A stretch of 63,585 nucleotides of DNA, counting the filler, from Folioceros fuciformis (taxonomy: Eukaryota): the NCBI GenBank assembly GCA_049999805.1. It is 6 parts of 6 records of this genome, joined end to end, with 100 filler letters (N's around TTAATTAATTAA, not from the genome) between each part and the next. Parts side by side here need not be neighbours in the genome. Positions count along the whole stretch, not along the records: positions 31,555 to 47,160 come from JBNGIO010004555.1; positions 47,261 to 57,979 come from JBNGIO010004557.1; 4 more parts are not named here. One strand, 5' to 3'. Of this stretch, positions 35,602-47,776 are shown piece after piece; position 1 is the first letter of the stretch; each line of letters starts with the position of its first letter. A model generated the notes under the pieces. The model saw only the letters and a program-made list of their open reading frames with translations. It ran no database searches and had not been told where the DNA came from. The position numbers and the translations under genes were made by a program.

Positions 35602-38389
35602 TCACGGGTTCACATCCGCCTCGACAGGTAGAGGGCTTACTGTGGGGTCGGTGTGGGAAACAACCGAGAGAAAGTTGACCCGCTTGGCTATGGCGGTGAT
35701 TTGCTGCCCCAGCTTCCGTTGCCGACGTTCCTTAGTAGACGCGGCCTCGTTCTGCAAGGCAATCATCAAAGATGTGTGTATTCAAGCAGTCGTTGAAACA
35801 TGACAGTTTATCAGTTGCTTGAAAGAGGCAATTTGAAGTTCTTACCATGCCCTTCCACAGGCCACTTCCGAACCTTGCACCAACGGTCAAGACCACTGCG
35901 GCAAAAATCATTTTCTCCTGCCGCGTGGCTGACTGCTTCCATAATCCTGCAAGCAGCATGGCACCAGTGTTGAGAGGACCAAGTTGTACACTACACTGTC
36001 TACATCGGATTGCTTAGCTAGTTGAAAGAATCCACGCGTGGGAAATAATTACCATCTTGTGCTGCCGCCCTTCGAAAGACATTCAACAAAGTCTTGACAG
36101 TCAGTGCTCCAGAGATGAGACTCACTGTAACTAGGACCTCCCGCAATATATCTTTCCATGGATACGAAGCCTCCTTTGTTGACCAGGCGTCTTGAAAATC
36201 CTACAGGCTCCAAACGTTCAACTTGTTACTTGGTGAGTGATTAGTGACAGAGTCGTCGAGAGAAGACACTTGGGGCACCCTCACCTGAACTTCGTCTTGG
36301 AGTTTATCAACATGTTGACACATCAGGACAGCTGCTGAACGCAAAGCGTTAGCATCCTTGGCATGCAACTCAGCAAGCTCGTAGGCCAGCTCGGCTGCCT
36401 CTTCTCTCACTTTTCGCACGGCTTGGACCGTGTCTCCAATCATGGATGCTGCACAAGCCACTATATCAGCCGGACTCTCAGACCTATGGGATCTTGTTCG
36501 CCGTCGAGTCTTCTTGTTCTTTGAACGTGGTAAAGAACGCCATCCCACACCGTTCTTTTCCACATCTGTTAATGTGCTACAGCTGACACTGGCCACGGAG
36601 ACTGGTCTTTCAGTCGGTGTCTCTGGAACTCCCTCTTCGGACCTGCTGTCGACAATGAGAGCAGAAACCTCATCCTTTTCGACTAAAAATCCATCAGCCG
36701 TCTCTCCTACAGAGGAGCCACCTGAGGACCGAACCTTACTTCCGACTTTCCCATCCTTTCTTTTCTCTCGTTCTGTACGTACTGCGAGTTTCTCCCAAGT
36801 CTCGTACGAGTAGCTACCCTCCTCAGGTTTCCGATACGCTGGCTGTTCGTTCTCCTTTCCAGCATGGCTCCTTACGATCCTTCCACGACCAATGCCTCCA
36901 CTCCCCGTGCTGCATCCGCCGCTAAGTTTGCCGTCGAAGTTTTCACTCGCAACTAGTGGAGTGGGTGATACCACACTTTCCTTGTTGACTCTACGACTTG
37001 TGAATGTGAAATGCCCTTCTTCGCTTGGACGCACCCTCCAAGAATCCGCAATTGCGGAACCTGCAACACGCAGAGACGTAAACTATGTTATGCTAGTTCA
37101 CATAATGCTTGCCCAAAGCGCAGCTCAGAAATACAAGCTTCCGCTCAGTACCTTCGTTGCAAACGAAAGAACCGTTGCTTGTCCCTGTCGAGCAAGCTGA
37201 TTGAGTGGGGAGGTTTCCATTTTCTGTGACTGGATTATTCGTAAGTGGAGCAGAGCTACACGAAGACGTAGCTCTGTGAGAAAACCTCATGCGCGTAGCT
37301 TGAGACACTTCACTGTTGTCACTACTGCTGCTTTCCCTAACTTCGGAGAGGTCTTCATACAACCTACGCCCTGCTCCTGACTTCCAATGCTCGATTCTAG
37401 CATTCCGCTGGCATTGCTCCTCATCTGAACTGCTTTTGTACTGCCTTCTGATTGGGAATGCGATGAGCCCTCGAGGAGTCTTCACGTCAGATGCACCAGA
37501 GATCAGTTGGCTGAGCTTCTGCTCTGCGCTTTTCCATCCAACTGGAAGCTCTCCATCAGAAGAAAACTTTCCCGAAGGAATCCGGTTTAGCCCATACATG
37601 TTAGAAGAACGGAAACCTTCAAAAAGGGGACTCCAGACCACTGCTGAATGAAAAGGATTGAAGGTTTCTGGTTCACAATTTTTGACTGCAACCTTCCCGT
37701 GCTCTCTCACATAATGGACTAAAGGTTTGTGCTTCTCAGATACTGTACACTTCTCTTGAGAGTGACTGGCTACCTACAGCCAACAATCCTGTCACAATAG
37801 AGATACGCAGGAGACGGAAAGCCAAATCCTCAAGCAGTCTGAAAGCTTCAACACACCACTCACTTCATTTGCGAATGAAGAGAGAATTTGAGCCCAAAAA
37901 GGAGGGAAATCACACTCTCCAGCTCGAAGGAAAAATTTGATGGCTCTCAAATGCCTGACAGGGTATCCAGCCAGGGCAAGGACAGGCCCGCGTGACTCAA
38001 ATCAAAACAACACTCAAAAACGGAGGGGAATCAAGCTGGTCGCACCTGACTGATCACCATGTTGCCAGTCACTCCACAGCTAAACAGGCTGTGAAACACA
38101 ATCAGACAGAAGCCCCCAAGCAATCGCTCCTACCCCTCCAGAAGGGTCCTGTACNNNNNNNNNNNNNNNNNNNNNNNNNNNNNNNNNNNNNNNNNNNNNN
38201 NNNNNNNNNNNNNNNNNNNNNNNNNNNNNNNNNNNNNNNNNNNNNNNNNNNNNNGTAGAAATCTGTACAATAGGCTGCGGTGATGTCCACTACAGAAGAG
38301 TCCTTCGTCCTTGAAATCAACTGACTCAAAGTTGGAGGACTCTGGAGGGAATGCAGGTCTCCCCTGCTGCAACAGAGTTTCACCCTCTC
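35602..38389 (-). CDS. Unrecognised multi-exon protein: Ser-rich region, coiled coil, two C-terminal hydrophobic segments
   Basis: Phase-compatible GT-AG exons approx 38389-38134 (spans a gap), 37954-37864, 37773-37152, 37060-36285, 36200-36053, 35946-35846 and 35751-35602 (TGA). 5' end unresolved. Confidence 0.65.
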
Positions 38390-39298
38390 TACATTAACAC
38401 GAGTTGAGGCAGAAAGATGAACACTTTTGGATCCTCAGTCAGATCAATTCCCCAGACACGGCCTCCCCTAAGTTCGCTTTTTCCGAAACCACATACGTAT
38501 CAGAACAATCCTGTCGTCCTCTGTGGTGGAAGAATCAACTCGTTATGATCCGTGAGGACGAGAGCACCCGCAGGACCAAGATCGGATCGAATGGCCTGGA
38601 TATGGAAAATGATGAAAGCCATCCTGCTCTGTTCAGCGCGTACCCCAAGGATCCCACAAGGCAAATCTCGCAGCTAGGTGAAGAAAACGTGCTACCGTGT
38701 ACACAACCAAATGCCGACCTCCTTGAGAGGAGATCAATGACCGGGGGAACTACTAGACATCAGTTGTTTGGAGTGCTGCAACCAAGATAGCGTGTCTCAG
38801 GGAAAAGCCGCAGCTGAAAGCATGAGACCTTCGCCTGGAGCACAGGAGACCGGGATTCAGCAGCGCTTTGCCCAGTGTGCGTCCTTTATGTAATTTGAAA
38901 GATGGGCCCGCCGCGGACGGCAGTCTGGAGGGCCCGCCGCGGACGGCAGTATGGACGTCCGTCCAATTCCGTAACAGTGAGATCCACGGATTTGAAATTC
39001 GACTTATGTACTTATGTACAGTGTATACCGAATGTACACGCCCACGACCCGGCCGGCGGAATGGGAATGCCAGGGAGGCCACGACCACTGGAATGTAAAA
39101 TAATCCCACTGGCATCACAGTGGGTTGCTGATTATAGGCAAGTAGGAAAATCAGCCCGTGCTATCCGTCGATTAAATTGAAACGTGTTACAGAGTTACAA
39201 GCCATGGGTTGAGGTAAACTACTTTAGCAATATTCTGACACAACGGAAGCTCCTGTGCAAGTCCTTAGCTGCAGGAACAGGCGCAATCGGTTTGTTAT

Positions 39299-41463
39299 CT
39301 ACCAGGGTTGGAGGTCGCCTGGAGGGCCATATGTCCAGTTTAGATGTGGTTGTTCAACTTCCATAAAAATGGCAGGGTCATGGGGAAGCTTGCGTGCCAG
39401 ACCATTCAGGATCTGATGGAACGCATCTCCAGGGACGGCAGGGTCAGGGAAGAGCATGGCTTGCTTCATGGCAGGGTTGGCCAACAATTTTTGTTTCTCC
39501 AAGACCTGCTCGGGTAGGATTGATGTCAGTATTGAGTCCAGCATAGGAACGTCCTTCTCTGGCACAAATATGCCGATGTCTTCCCACGGAATGGCATCTG
39601 CAAATGGCAACACTATGTCATCCGCAATAATGACTGGGATACATCCAAATATGACAGCTTCAACTATGCGCGGACTCCAAGGTGCCCAGCCGAGAGGACA
39701 GAGACAAAAGATGGCACGCTGCATGTCCTCATAGTAGGTTTGTGGATGCTCTGTGGAAATATCAAACAGTATGTTGTCCTTGAAGTTCTCCCAGACTGAT
39801 GCCCTTGCACCCCTGCCCACACGAGCGACATAGTCAGTGCTCGAGCGATGTCCACGTCAAGATCAGGCTAACACTGAACAATGCCAACGCCAAACTAGCC
39901 ACTCGTCTTAAGCAAGGAAATGGTAAATATCAGCGCACAATACGAAGGATAAGGCGCGAGAACACTAACCGGGCATAGTAACCGCCATCTGGATCATTCC
40001 CATGGTCGTAGAACAATCCCCGAAAGTAAACAAATATTGAGCGTGGAGTACTTGGAGGTATAATGCGCGCATGGATTTTTCCCGGAGGAGCATATGGTGG
40101 AACTACAATAGACCCTTCTTTCAAGCATACGTGATAGCTCTGTCCAAATGTTTGGACCAGCGTTGCTCGCTGCAGCAAAGGAAGAATCCCACGCTTGATA
40201 GCTGTCTCTTCCTGCCAAGACACAAAACGGGGTCAAATCGAAGGGTCCTTCGTCTATCAACAATTGCAGCTTTTCTCTGCATGAGCCTATTTTCCCATGC
40301 ACCAGAGCCAGACGGCATGATGCGGCCCCACGGTGCCTGAAAACAGTGATCAATTCTACATTTCAATGGACACTGCACCTGGCACCTCTTTCCGGTCCTA
40401 GTATCAGCACAAAGACAGAAGAGGCTGACAAGGTAGCAGGCGAACTACCTGGTAATGGAAACAGGCACCGAAATCATGAGGCACAACAAAAAAGTGATCA
40501 GCTCCCTCCGTCCGATTCCAGTAAGGCCAATGCGTGGCAATGTAATTAATAGCACTGCGCATCATCCGTGGTGACTTGAAAGGCAAGGGCAATCCAGTTG
40601 GGGTCAAATCACAGGTGGTATATACAGGGGTGTAGAACCAATCAGCCTCCTCAGGATTTAAAGTTCTCACGGCACTTGTCTTGAGAAACTCGTGAACAAA
40701 GATCTCTGTTGCAAACATGTGTGTGAGACATCTAGGGTCAGATTCGAGCCATCTCTTGTTATACTTTGGCGGCAGGTTGTAAATGAAGACCTTAAGCCTT
40801 CCAACGGGATCATCCTCAAGAACATCACCTGCGCTTCCTGGAAAAACCAAACCGCAAGTGATATCAAACTTCACATCGTTACAGAAGGAAGGGCCAGGTG
40901 AGATAAACAAACTGTTGCCTCTAAAAAGTTGATATCTAGAAAACAGAAGCTCTCAACGGAAAGCAGCACACAACTGTCCCTAAGACGTCCGCAAAACCCT
41001 ACGACTCTTAATTCACCGCAAGATCCTTTCGCGCAAGCTGACGACAACCGGACATTATTCTCATGAGGAATCCGCAGCCGGAAGTTGCAGCTAAAGCCAG
41101 AGTTACAATCCTCGTGAAGCTGAGAAGTCCAGGGAGAACAGATGCACCAACGGACAAGCCTTAGCAGCATGACTAGACGGATCTGCTCCTGATCGATTGC
41201 GAAGACTAAACCGGATTCCAACTCCAGAGCAAATCAACTGGAAGTTTTTATCAAGCTGACGACAACGCTTAGTCGGGAAGCGAATTCGCAGCTTAACAGA
41301 ACACACTGACAAAGCTTCACTTGGCCTGCAATGAATGAGAACCTGAAATGCGCTGGTGCTCCGCTAGCGCAGAAGAATGAAACAGCAAAGCTGCGAGAAG
41401 AAAGCTTGTGAGCAACTTGCGCTCTATCATGTTCGAAGCATTGCAGCAAATCCTCTTAGGCAT
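39299..41463 (-). CDS. IRX10: Glycosyltransferase family 47 (exostosin), IRX10/IRX10-L xylan synthase-like; 4 exons, ~421 aa
   Basis: Exons 41463-41343, 40837-40449, 40211-39970 and 39812-39299 splice in frame. Motifs: ISGSAGDVLEDDPVGRLKV, PYWNRTEGADHFF..PHDFGACFH, FCLCPLGWAPWSPR, GDLQPW. N-terminal signal anchor. Alternative ATG at 41430. Confidence 0.95.
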
Positions 41464-41592
41464 GGGCCAAGGTGAGAGCGGCAGGGCAGCCGCCCTAGCT
41501 GCGTAGTCCCTGCATTCGCCCGCTGGTCTGGAGGCGAAGGGCGCACCTCGCTCCGCGGTCGCGGACTCGAGGAGCAACAGCTGTCCACCAAG

Positions 41593-41694
41593 GCAACAGA
41601 GCTGCCTGGCCACTGGCTGGAATTAAGCAACAGAGCTGCCTGGCCACTGGCTAGAATTAAGCAACAGAGCGGCCTGGCCACTGGCTGGAATTAA
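41593..41694. repeat. 34-bp tandem repeat x3 just upstream of the IRX10-like gene
   Basis: Unit GCAACAGAGCTGCCTGGCCACTGGCTGGAATTAA. Confidence 0.92.
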
Positions 41695-42476
41695 GCTAGT
41701 CAGATAATGGCGACTACAACACTGTATCCAAACTTTAGGGCAGGAGACGGAGTTAAACCGCAGTTAGCTTGTCCTGATGTTATCAAGTTTTCCAAGTTGT
41801 TATCGTGAGCGTGAATTTCGATATGGACATACGGGGCACAATTAGGTTTTTTTTAACCATGTATTATACACGAATATTCTATACGAATTTTAGGCATACT
41901 ATCATACAGTACGGACTTTTTTCGCTTTGCTTTGCTGTTCCTATGGACCAATTGAAAATAATGCACATTATCTTCTGGTCCATAATTTTCTTTCTTCCCC
42001 ATGCACAAGCTTGGTGATGTTATTTTTCTTCCCATATCATGTAGGAAACTCTAGACCTCGGTTCACATTGATAGATTATCCCACTAGATTGCATATTGCC
42101 TTGCAGAGTGGGTAGAACTTGCAAATTGTCCTTACATAATGGATTGTAGATTGTCCCACCATGCACACTATGTTGCACAGTGTTGCACAATGTCCCTATA
42201 GATTGCCTTGCAACTTGCCCTGTAGATTGCCAATTGCTGTGGGTGTTGCATTGGAGATTGTATGGCCCTGTAGCCTTAGAGATTGAGTGGAACTTGTAGA
42301 TTGCCCTTGCAAACTTCGTGGCTCTTGTAGATTGACCCTGCAAACTATGTTGAACTTGAAAAATTGTCCCACCACACTGCATTGAACTAGCATATTGTTC
42401 CAATGCATTATGTTGCAAATGGCTCATGCAGAGTGTGTTGAACATGGTCCATGGGCACTGCGTTGCATAGTATCCT

Positions 42477-45400
42477 TGCAGAATTAGTTGAAGAGCAGCA
42501 CGATAGAGTAGCGTAGTTAGTTAAGTATAAACGATACGAGATTTGAAGCGTTAAGTCGTTACCTATCTGCCAACCTAACCACCACGAGGTCAGCAGGCAC
42601 CAAGGACGTGTCTAACAGAGTCTGCATACACAAGAGACTGCTGGCAGAGCGCTAATGTACAATCCATTCTAATCTGATGCGATTCCCTACTGTTTTGTCT
42701 TGGTATCAGAGCAGCGCGTGCAGATGCTGAAGCACACGGGATCAGGGCGCTGATGGAGGCAGAGATGCGACAACAATCGGGTGTTTTTCTTGCTCTTGCG
42801 GGAGTTGGTTTGAATGGAGCCCTGCATCGATCATCTGAGTCACAATGTTCAATTCAGACGAAGAAAGCCCAAGAGGAACCAATCCAGTCGCAACCTGCAA
42901 ACCATCAACTTTGGTGTCACCAATCAGAACAGGGAGGTTGCACATTTTGAGGGTTTAGGTGCGACAAGCAAGAAATATACCCAACTGCCGTGTCTTTCTC
43001 CACGTCCAGTCCTATGCCAGCATTGCAGAGTCTGTGGGCATTCACCACCTGTTCAGGTCAGGCACGTCAGACGCCATTCAAGATCTTTTGTCCAAAATCA
43101 ACACAAGGGTCCACAATACTCAAAAGAGCACAGAGCGAAACACAAGAGAGAAAATATTGTTGTGAGCAAACTTCAGGTCTTAATTCACTCTGTGTCTAAG
43201 ATTGCAGCACAGCTAATGAGTTTAGATACTCACCTTCAAGCACTCGATACAAAGTTCCTCTTGATCCTTAAACCGCACCTACTTGCAAACAAATTAGCAT
43301 TTTCAGCACTTTCTGTCCCACCTGTAGGTCAGATTTATCAGCAACCCACAAATTGTCTGGAGTGCATTGTTCACCGACACGGGCAACAGACCAAAACAGC
43401 TAAGATGGCAGAACAAGTGAAATTGGAAATGCTAACAATGTTGGGCACATGAGTTAATGTGGTCACCCAATTTTACCTCCTTCCTTGGGAGTCCCAAGCC
43501 TGAAATTCCAATGAGATTGGATGTCGAAGAGACAATTGCAGCCTCAAGGAGCCGTGGACTTTTGGATGAGGGGGTTAGATTGCCAAGTAGTCTTAATAAT
43601 CCGACTAGTGCATCACTAAGCCCGGTCTATCCTTCAGATCAGGATGCCTCAACCCCAACTACTTCTAATTTGAGGACAACATATGGGTATCCTGCCTTTA
43701 CATTTGGAACATAGGAAGAGGACATTTTATCAGTCTTGGAAGATGCTGAAAATGCAACAAGTTCAAATACACAATTTGTGTCAGGACAAAATCAGACTGT
43801 GCAGGTAGCTGCAAATTCAGGAGTACCTGTTACCACATCAGGTTGGTTGGCAGCCTCAGGAGGGTCAAGTGTGTCAGGAGGACCAAGAGGATCAGGAGGA
43901 CCAGGTGGACCTGGTGGACCTGGAGCCCCTGGCGGACCTGGAGGACCAAGATAACCTACTGGTGGTGTAGGCTTACCTGCTGCAGTCCCAATGGCAGGCC
44001 CATCCTCTATCAGCTATTCAGACTTCAAGGAGAAGGACCGATTTGACGGCGGGAACTTCAATGTTTGGTCCATGCGGAAGGAAATATCCCTCAAAAGTAA
44101 AGAATTATGGGATGTAGTAGCTGGAGTATTAGTGATGCCGCCTGACCCTGCAGCAGATCCAGTGGGAGCTACTACATACACAAAGGCCAACAATCAGGCC
44201 TTGAATGTCATTCTAGGGGGCATATCGTCGGACTGGATGAAGAATGTTGAAAGAAATCTNNNNNNNNNNNNNNNNNNNNNNNNNNNNNNNNNNNNNNNNN
44301 NNNNNNNNNNNNNNNNNNNNNNNNNNNNNNNNNNNNNNNNNNNNNNNNNNNNNNNNNNNTGCGGGAAGGAGACTCAGCAGAAAAGTACATCAGTACATTC
44401 AGAGCAACTAGAAATATGTTACATGCTGCAGGCGATGTAATATCTAATTTTCGGGCTGGTGCTATTTTTCTGAACTCCCTTTCACCAGCATACCGCTCCT
44501 TTGTATCAACTCAAAACCAAGTGGTGAGAGAGGCTGAGACTAGGGTAAGGGGCACTGGAAATCCACCTGTGTTGGACTTGAGTGAAATCTTCATAGCATT
44601 CATGCAAGAGGAAGCACAGATGGAGGGCCTGCAACAAAGTCGTGGAAGAGATAAAGCTCATGCTTTGTATGCTGAAAAGGGGAAATTTAAGAAGAAGTGG
44701 GGAGGAAAACCGTACTCACCTACAAAACGTGGAGGATCTGAATCCTCAAAGAAATGGCCTGGAAACTGCAGATGGTGTGGTCTTCCAAATCACTAGGAGC
44801 GGGAATGCAGGAAAAAGGCTAATGGAGAACTTAGAAAGGAGTTGGCACCAAGCTCTCATGTAGCTGTGAAGAAGACTACAAAAGGCACACATGTGATACT
44901 TACAGTGTGTCTTGCTAGCTCATCATCAGCGAAGCAGAACTTTTGGTTTTTGGACTCGGGTGCCACAGCGCACATTTGTCACAACAAGCTATTTTTCTCA
45001 TCCTATGAGGAGTCTCAACCTGGACAGTTTGTCCTGCTGGGCGATGAGAGTGGACTAGCTATAAAAGGACAAGGTAGTGTCCCTGTTGAAATGGCTGATG
45101 GTAGCATTGTTGTGCTAGAGGATGTTCTTCATGTCCCTGCCATGACAAAACACCTTTTATCAGTTAGGCAGCTCTGCAAAGAAGGTGTGCACACAGTTCA
45201 ATTCACTGACAATGACTGCGAAATTCGCATGAAGGACTCTGATCTTGTAGTGACAAGGGGCACCGAGCGAAGTGAGCTGCATAAGCTATATCTTCAACCT
45301 CTTCATCCCTTGAAGAAGTCTATTCATACAGTTGATGCGGCGACTGCGAAATTTCCTCCTGTGGAAGCACATCAAGGATCATTTGAGGACCAGACTAGTT

Positions 45401-47160
45401 CTCAAGCAAAGAACACAAAGTCGTGGCATTTACGTCTAGGGCATCCTCATGCACAGAGACTATATAAGCTTCCTTCTAGTAACTTGTACAGAGATGGGAT
45501 TAAGGAGACTTTATCAGATCTACCTCTGTGCGAAGCATGCGTTTTTGGCAAGCAACATGAGCTTCCTTTTAAGAACAAGGCTCCAGAACGTGCCCTGGAA
45601 GTGCTGGAGCTTGTACATGCTGATATTTGTGGGCCCATTTCAGGGAAATCTTCCAGTGGTGCAGAATTTTTCATATCATTCATTGATGACTTCTCGAGAT
45701 ATACACACACATACATACTCTGGAAGAAGTCAGATGTTTATTATGTCTTTGTGGAATATCTTGCATTGGTGGAACGTCAAACTGGAAAGAAGTTGAAGAA
45801 GCTGCGCACAGACAACGATGGAGAGTTTACTTCATCAAGGTTTACCCAATACTGTGGTGAGGCTGGTATCCAACAGCAATTTACAGTTGTTTACACTTCC
45901 CAGCAAAATGGAGTTGTGGAAAGAAGTCATAGAAGTAAGCAGGACGCAGCCAAAAGCATGCTCTACGCAGCAGGCCTGCCTATTCAATTTTGGGCTGAGG
46001 CAATTACGTGTGCTACTTATCTCCAAAACAGATTGCCTACCTCTGCTGTTGAAGGCAAGACACCGTTTGAGGTCTTTACGGGCAGGAAACCTTCAGTTGC
46101 TCAACTACGCACCTTTGGGTGCATAGCTTACGCGTTTCTGCACAAGAAGAAGCGACGAAAATTTCAGTTTTCCTCAAGGAAGATGGTGTTTGTGGGCTAC
46201 ACTGATGGACACAAAGCCTACAAGCTCTTCAATCCTGAAACCAAGGAGGTCATCTATGTACGCAGTGTGATTTTTTACGAAGCCAAGTTGCTCACCAGTT
46301 TGGAGTCTCGAACTGCTACTGTTGGTGAGCATGTGGGAGTCAGCACAGCTGCGGTGCCGGAGGAGATTCCCCTGGAATCCCTTGAATGGTGGGAGGAGCG
46401 AGTTGTTCATTTTGACCAGTCAGAGGGCAGTGACATTCACCTGCCTCCGGTGGGAGCTTCCTCGCCTGTGGGAGTTTCCTCTACCCCTGCTCCATCAGCT
46501 GATGTATATGCGGATTCAGACAACTCTTTGGAGGATACTGAGGAGGAGGAGCTTGCTCCAGCTGTGGAGCCCCTACCTGTCACGCCTGCCCCTGTCATAG
46601 CTCCACGGAGGCCTGCACCTGCTGTTGTTCCTACTGAAGGTCTTCGGCGCAGCCTTCGCCAACCAGTACCTTGAGTGCATTTTTCTCCGGATGACTTTCA
46701 CATTCGACGGCCTCGAGGTGCTCGGGCTATTAACGACAGGGAGGATGATGGTCCTAATGTAACTGCTGCAAGTACTTCAATTAAGAGTGTTGCTGGTCAG
46801 GAAGACCTACCTGAGAGTAGTGAGGCTGCTTCGGACCAGGTGTCGTTGCTAGCCCGAGCTTTGCTAACTGCAACTGCAAATCCATCCAACCCTGTGAACT
46901 TTGAGCAAGCTTTCACAGGTTCCCATGGGAAAGAATGGAAAGCTGCAGTTATAGACGAGCTCAAAAGCCTAGAGGAGAACCAAACCTGGACTCTGTGTGA
47001 TCTTCCAAGTGACCGCAAGCCAGTTGGTTCTAAATGGGTGTTTAAAACCAAGCTGGATGAACATGGAAACTTGTCCAGATATAAAGCTAGATTAGTAGCT
47101 CGTGGCTTTACACAGGAAGAAGGATTGGACTACACAGAAACGTTTGCACCAGTGGCAAAA
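42477..47160 (+). mobile_element. Copia element: LTR (~42477-42700), PBS, long leader/extended gag, protease, integrase, start of RT
   Basis: PBS TGGTATCAGAGC at 42701-42712; FKEKDRFDG; CRWC...H knuckle; [44 protein letters not shown] few stops. Cut by the linker. Confidence 0.93.
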
Positions 47161-47260
47161 NNNNNNNNNNNNNNNNNNNNNNNNNNNNNNNNNNNNNNNN
47201 NNNNTTAATTAATTAANNNNNNNNNNNNNNNNNNNNNNNNNNNNNNNNNNNNNNNNNNNN
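47161..47260. other. Artificial scaffold linker
   Basis: N44-TTAATTAATTAA-N44. Confidence 0.97.
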
Positions 47261-47776
47261 TGAGATTCTCTCTCCTTTTAACCTTCTGTTTTCTCGTTCT
47301 AATAGAATTGAAGTCCATGGAGAAATTGTAGAAGATTGAAACATATAAGCATGTTAAAGGAAGAGATGAAGAATTGGAGAAATAGATAATGTAGGACAAT
47401 AGCACTCCATCTAGTCAAATGCTAGATTTAGGAATGCCTTGTTAGCAATCTCCTCATATATAATAAGCAATTGCAAGAGAGCAACAAAGCTGTGATACCA
47501 TGATGAGAATCGGTAGCTCTAAGATAACAAGAAGAAGAAACAATGTAATTGAGTAAATAATGAATAAAGTACAAGGCTTTAAATAGGCTGGGTGGTTGGA
47601 CGGTTGGGCGGTTACAACCATAAGTGATTGTAACCGAAAGTAGTTATAACCATAAACGGCTATAACCGATATAACCAATATAACTTCTAACTACCTAAAT
47701 AACCATAGATAGATAATTATATTTAATGTTACGAGGTCCTAATGAATAGCGCCCTAAATCTAGACCTATTTCATCA
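47261..47776 (-). mobile_element. 5' LTR (47501-47776) and PBS of the TGATGAGAATC family, nested in copia pol
   Basis: TGATGA...TCATCA termini; PBS-like TGGTATCACAGC at 47489-47500. Confidence 0.82.

Noticed and set aside
38497-38505. In-frame TGA as selenocysteine or readthrough codon
   Set aside because: Land plants lack the Sec machinery and the exon model is uncertain. A mutation, sequencing error or UTR exon is more likely.
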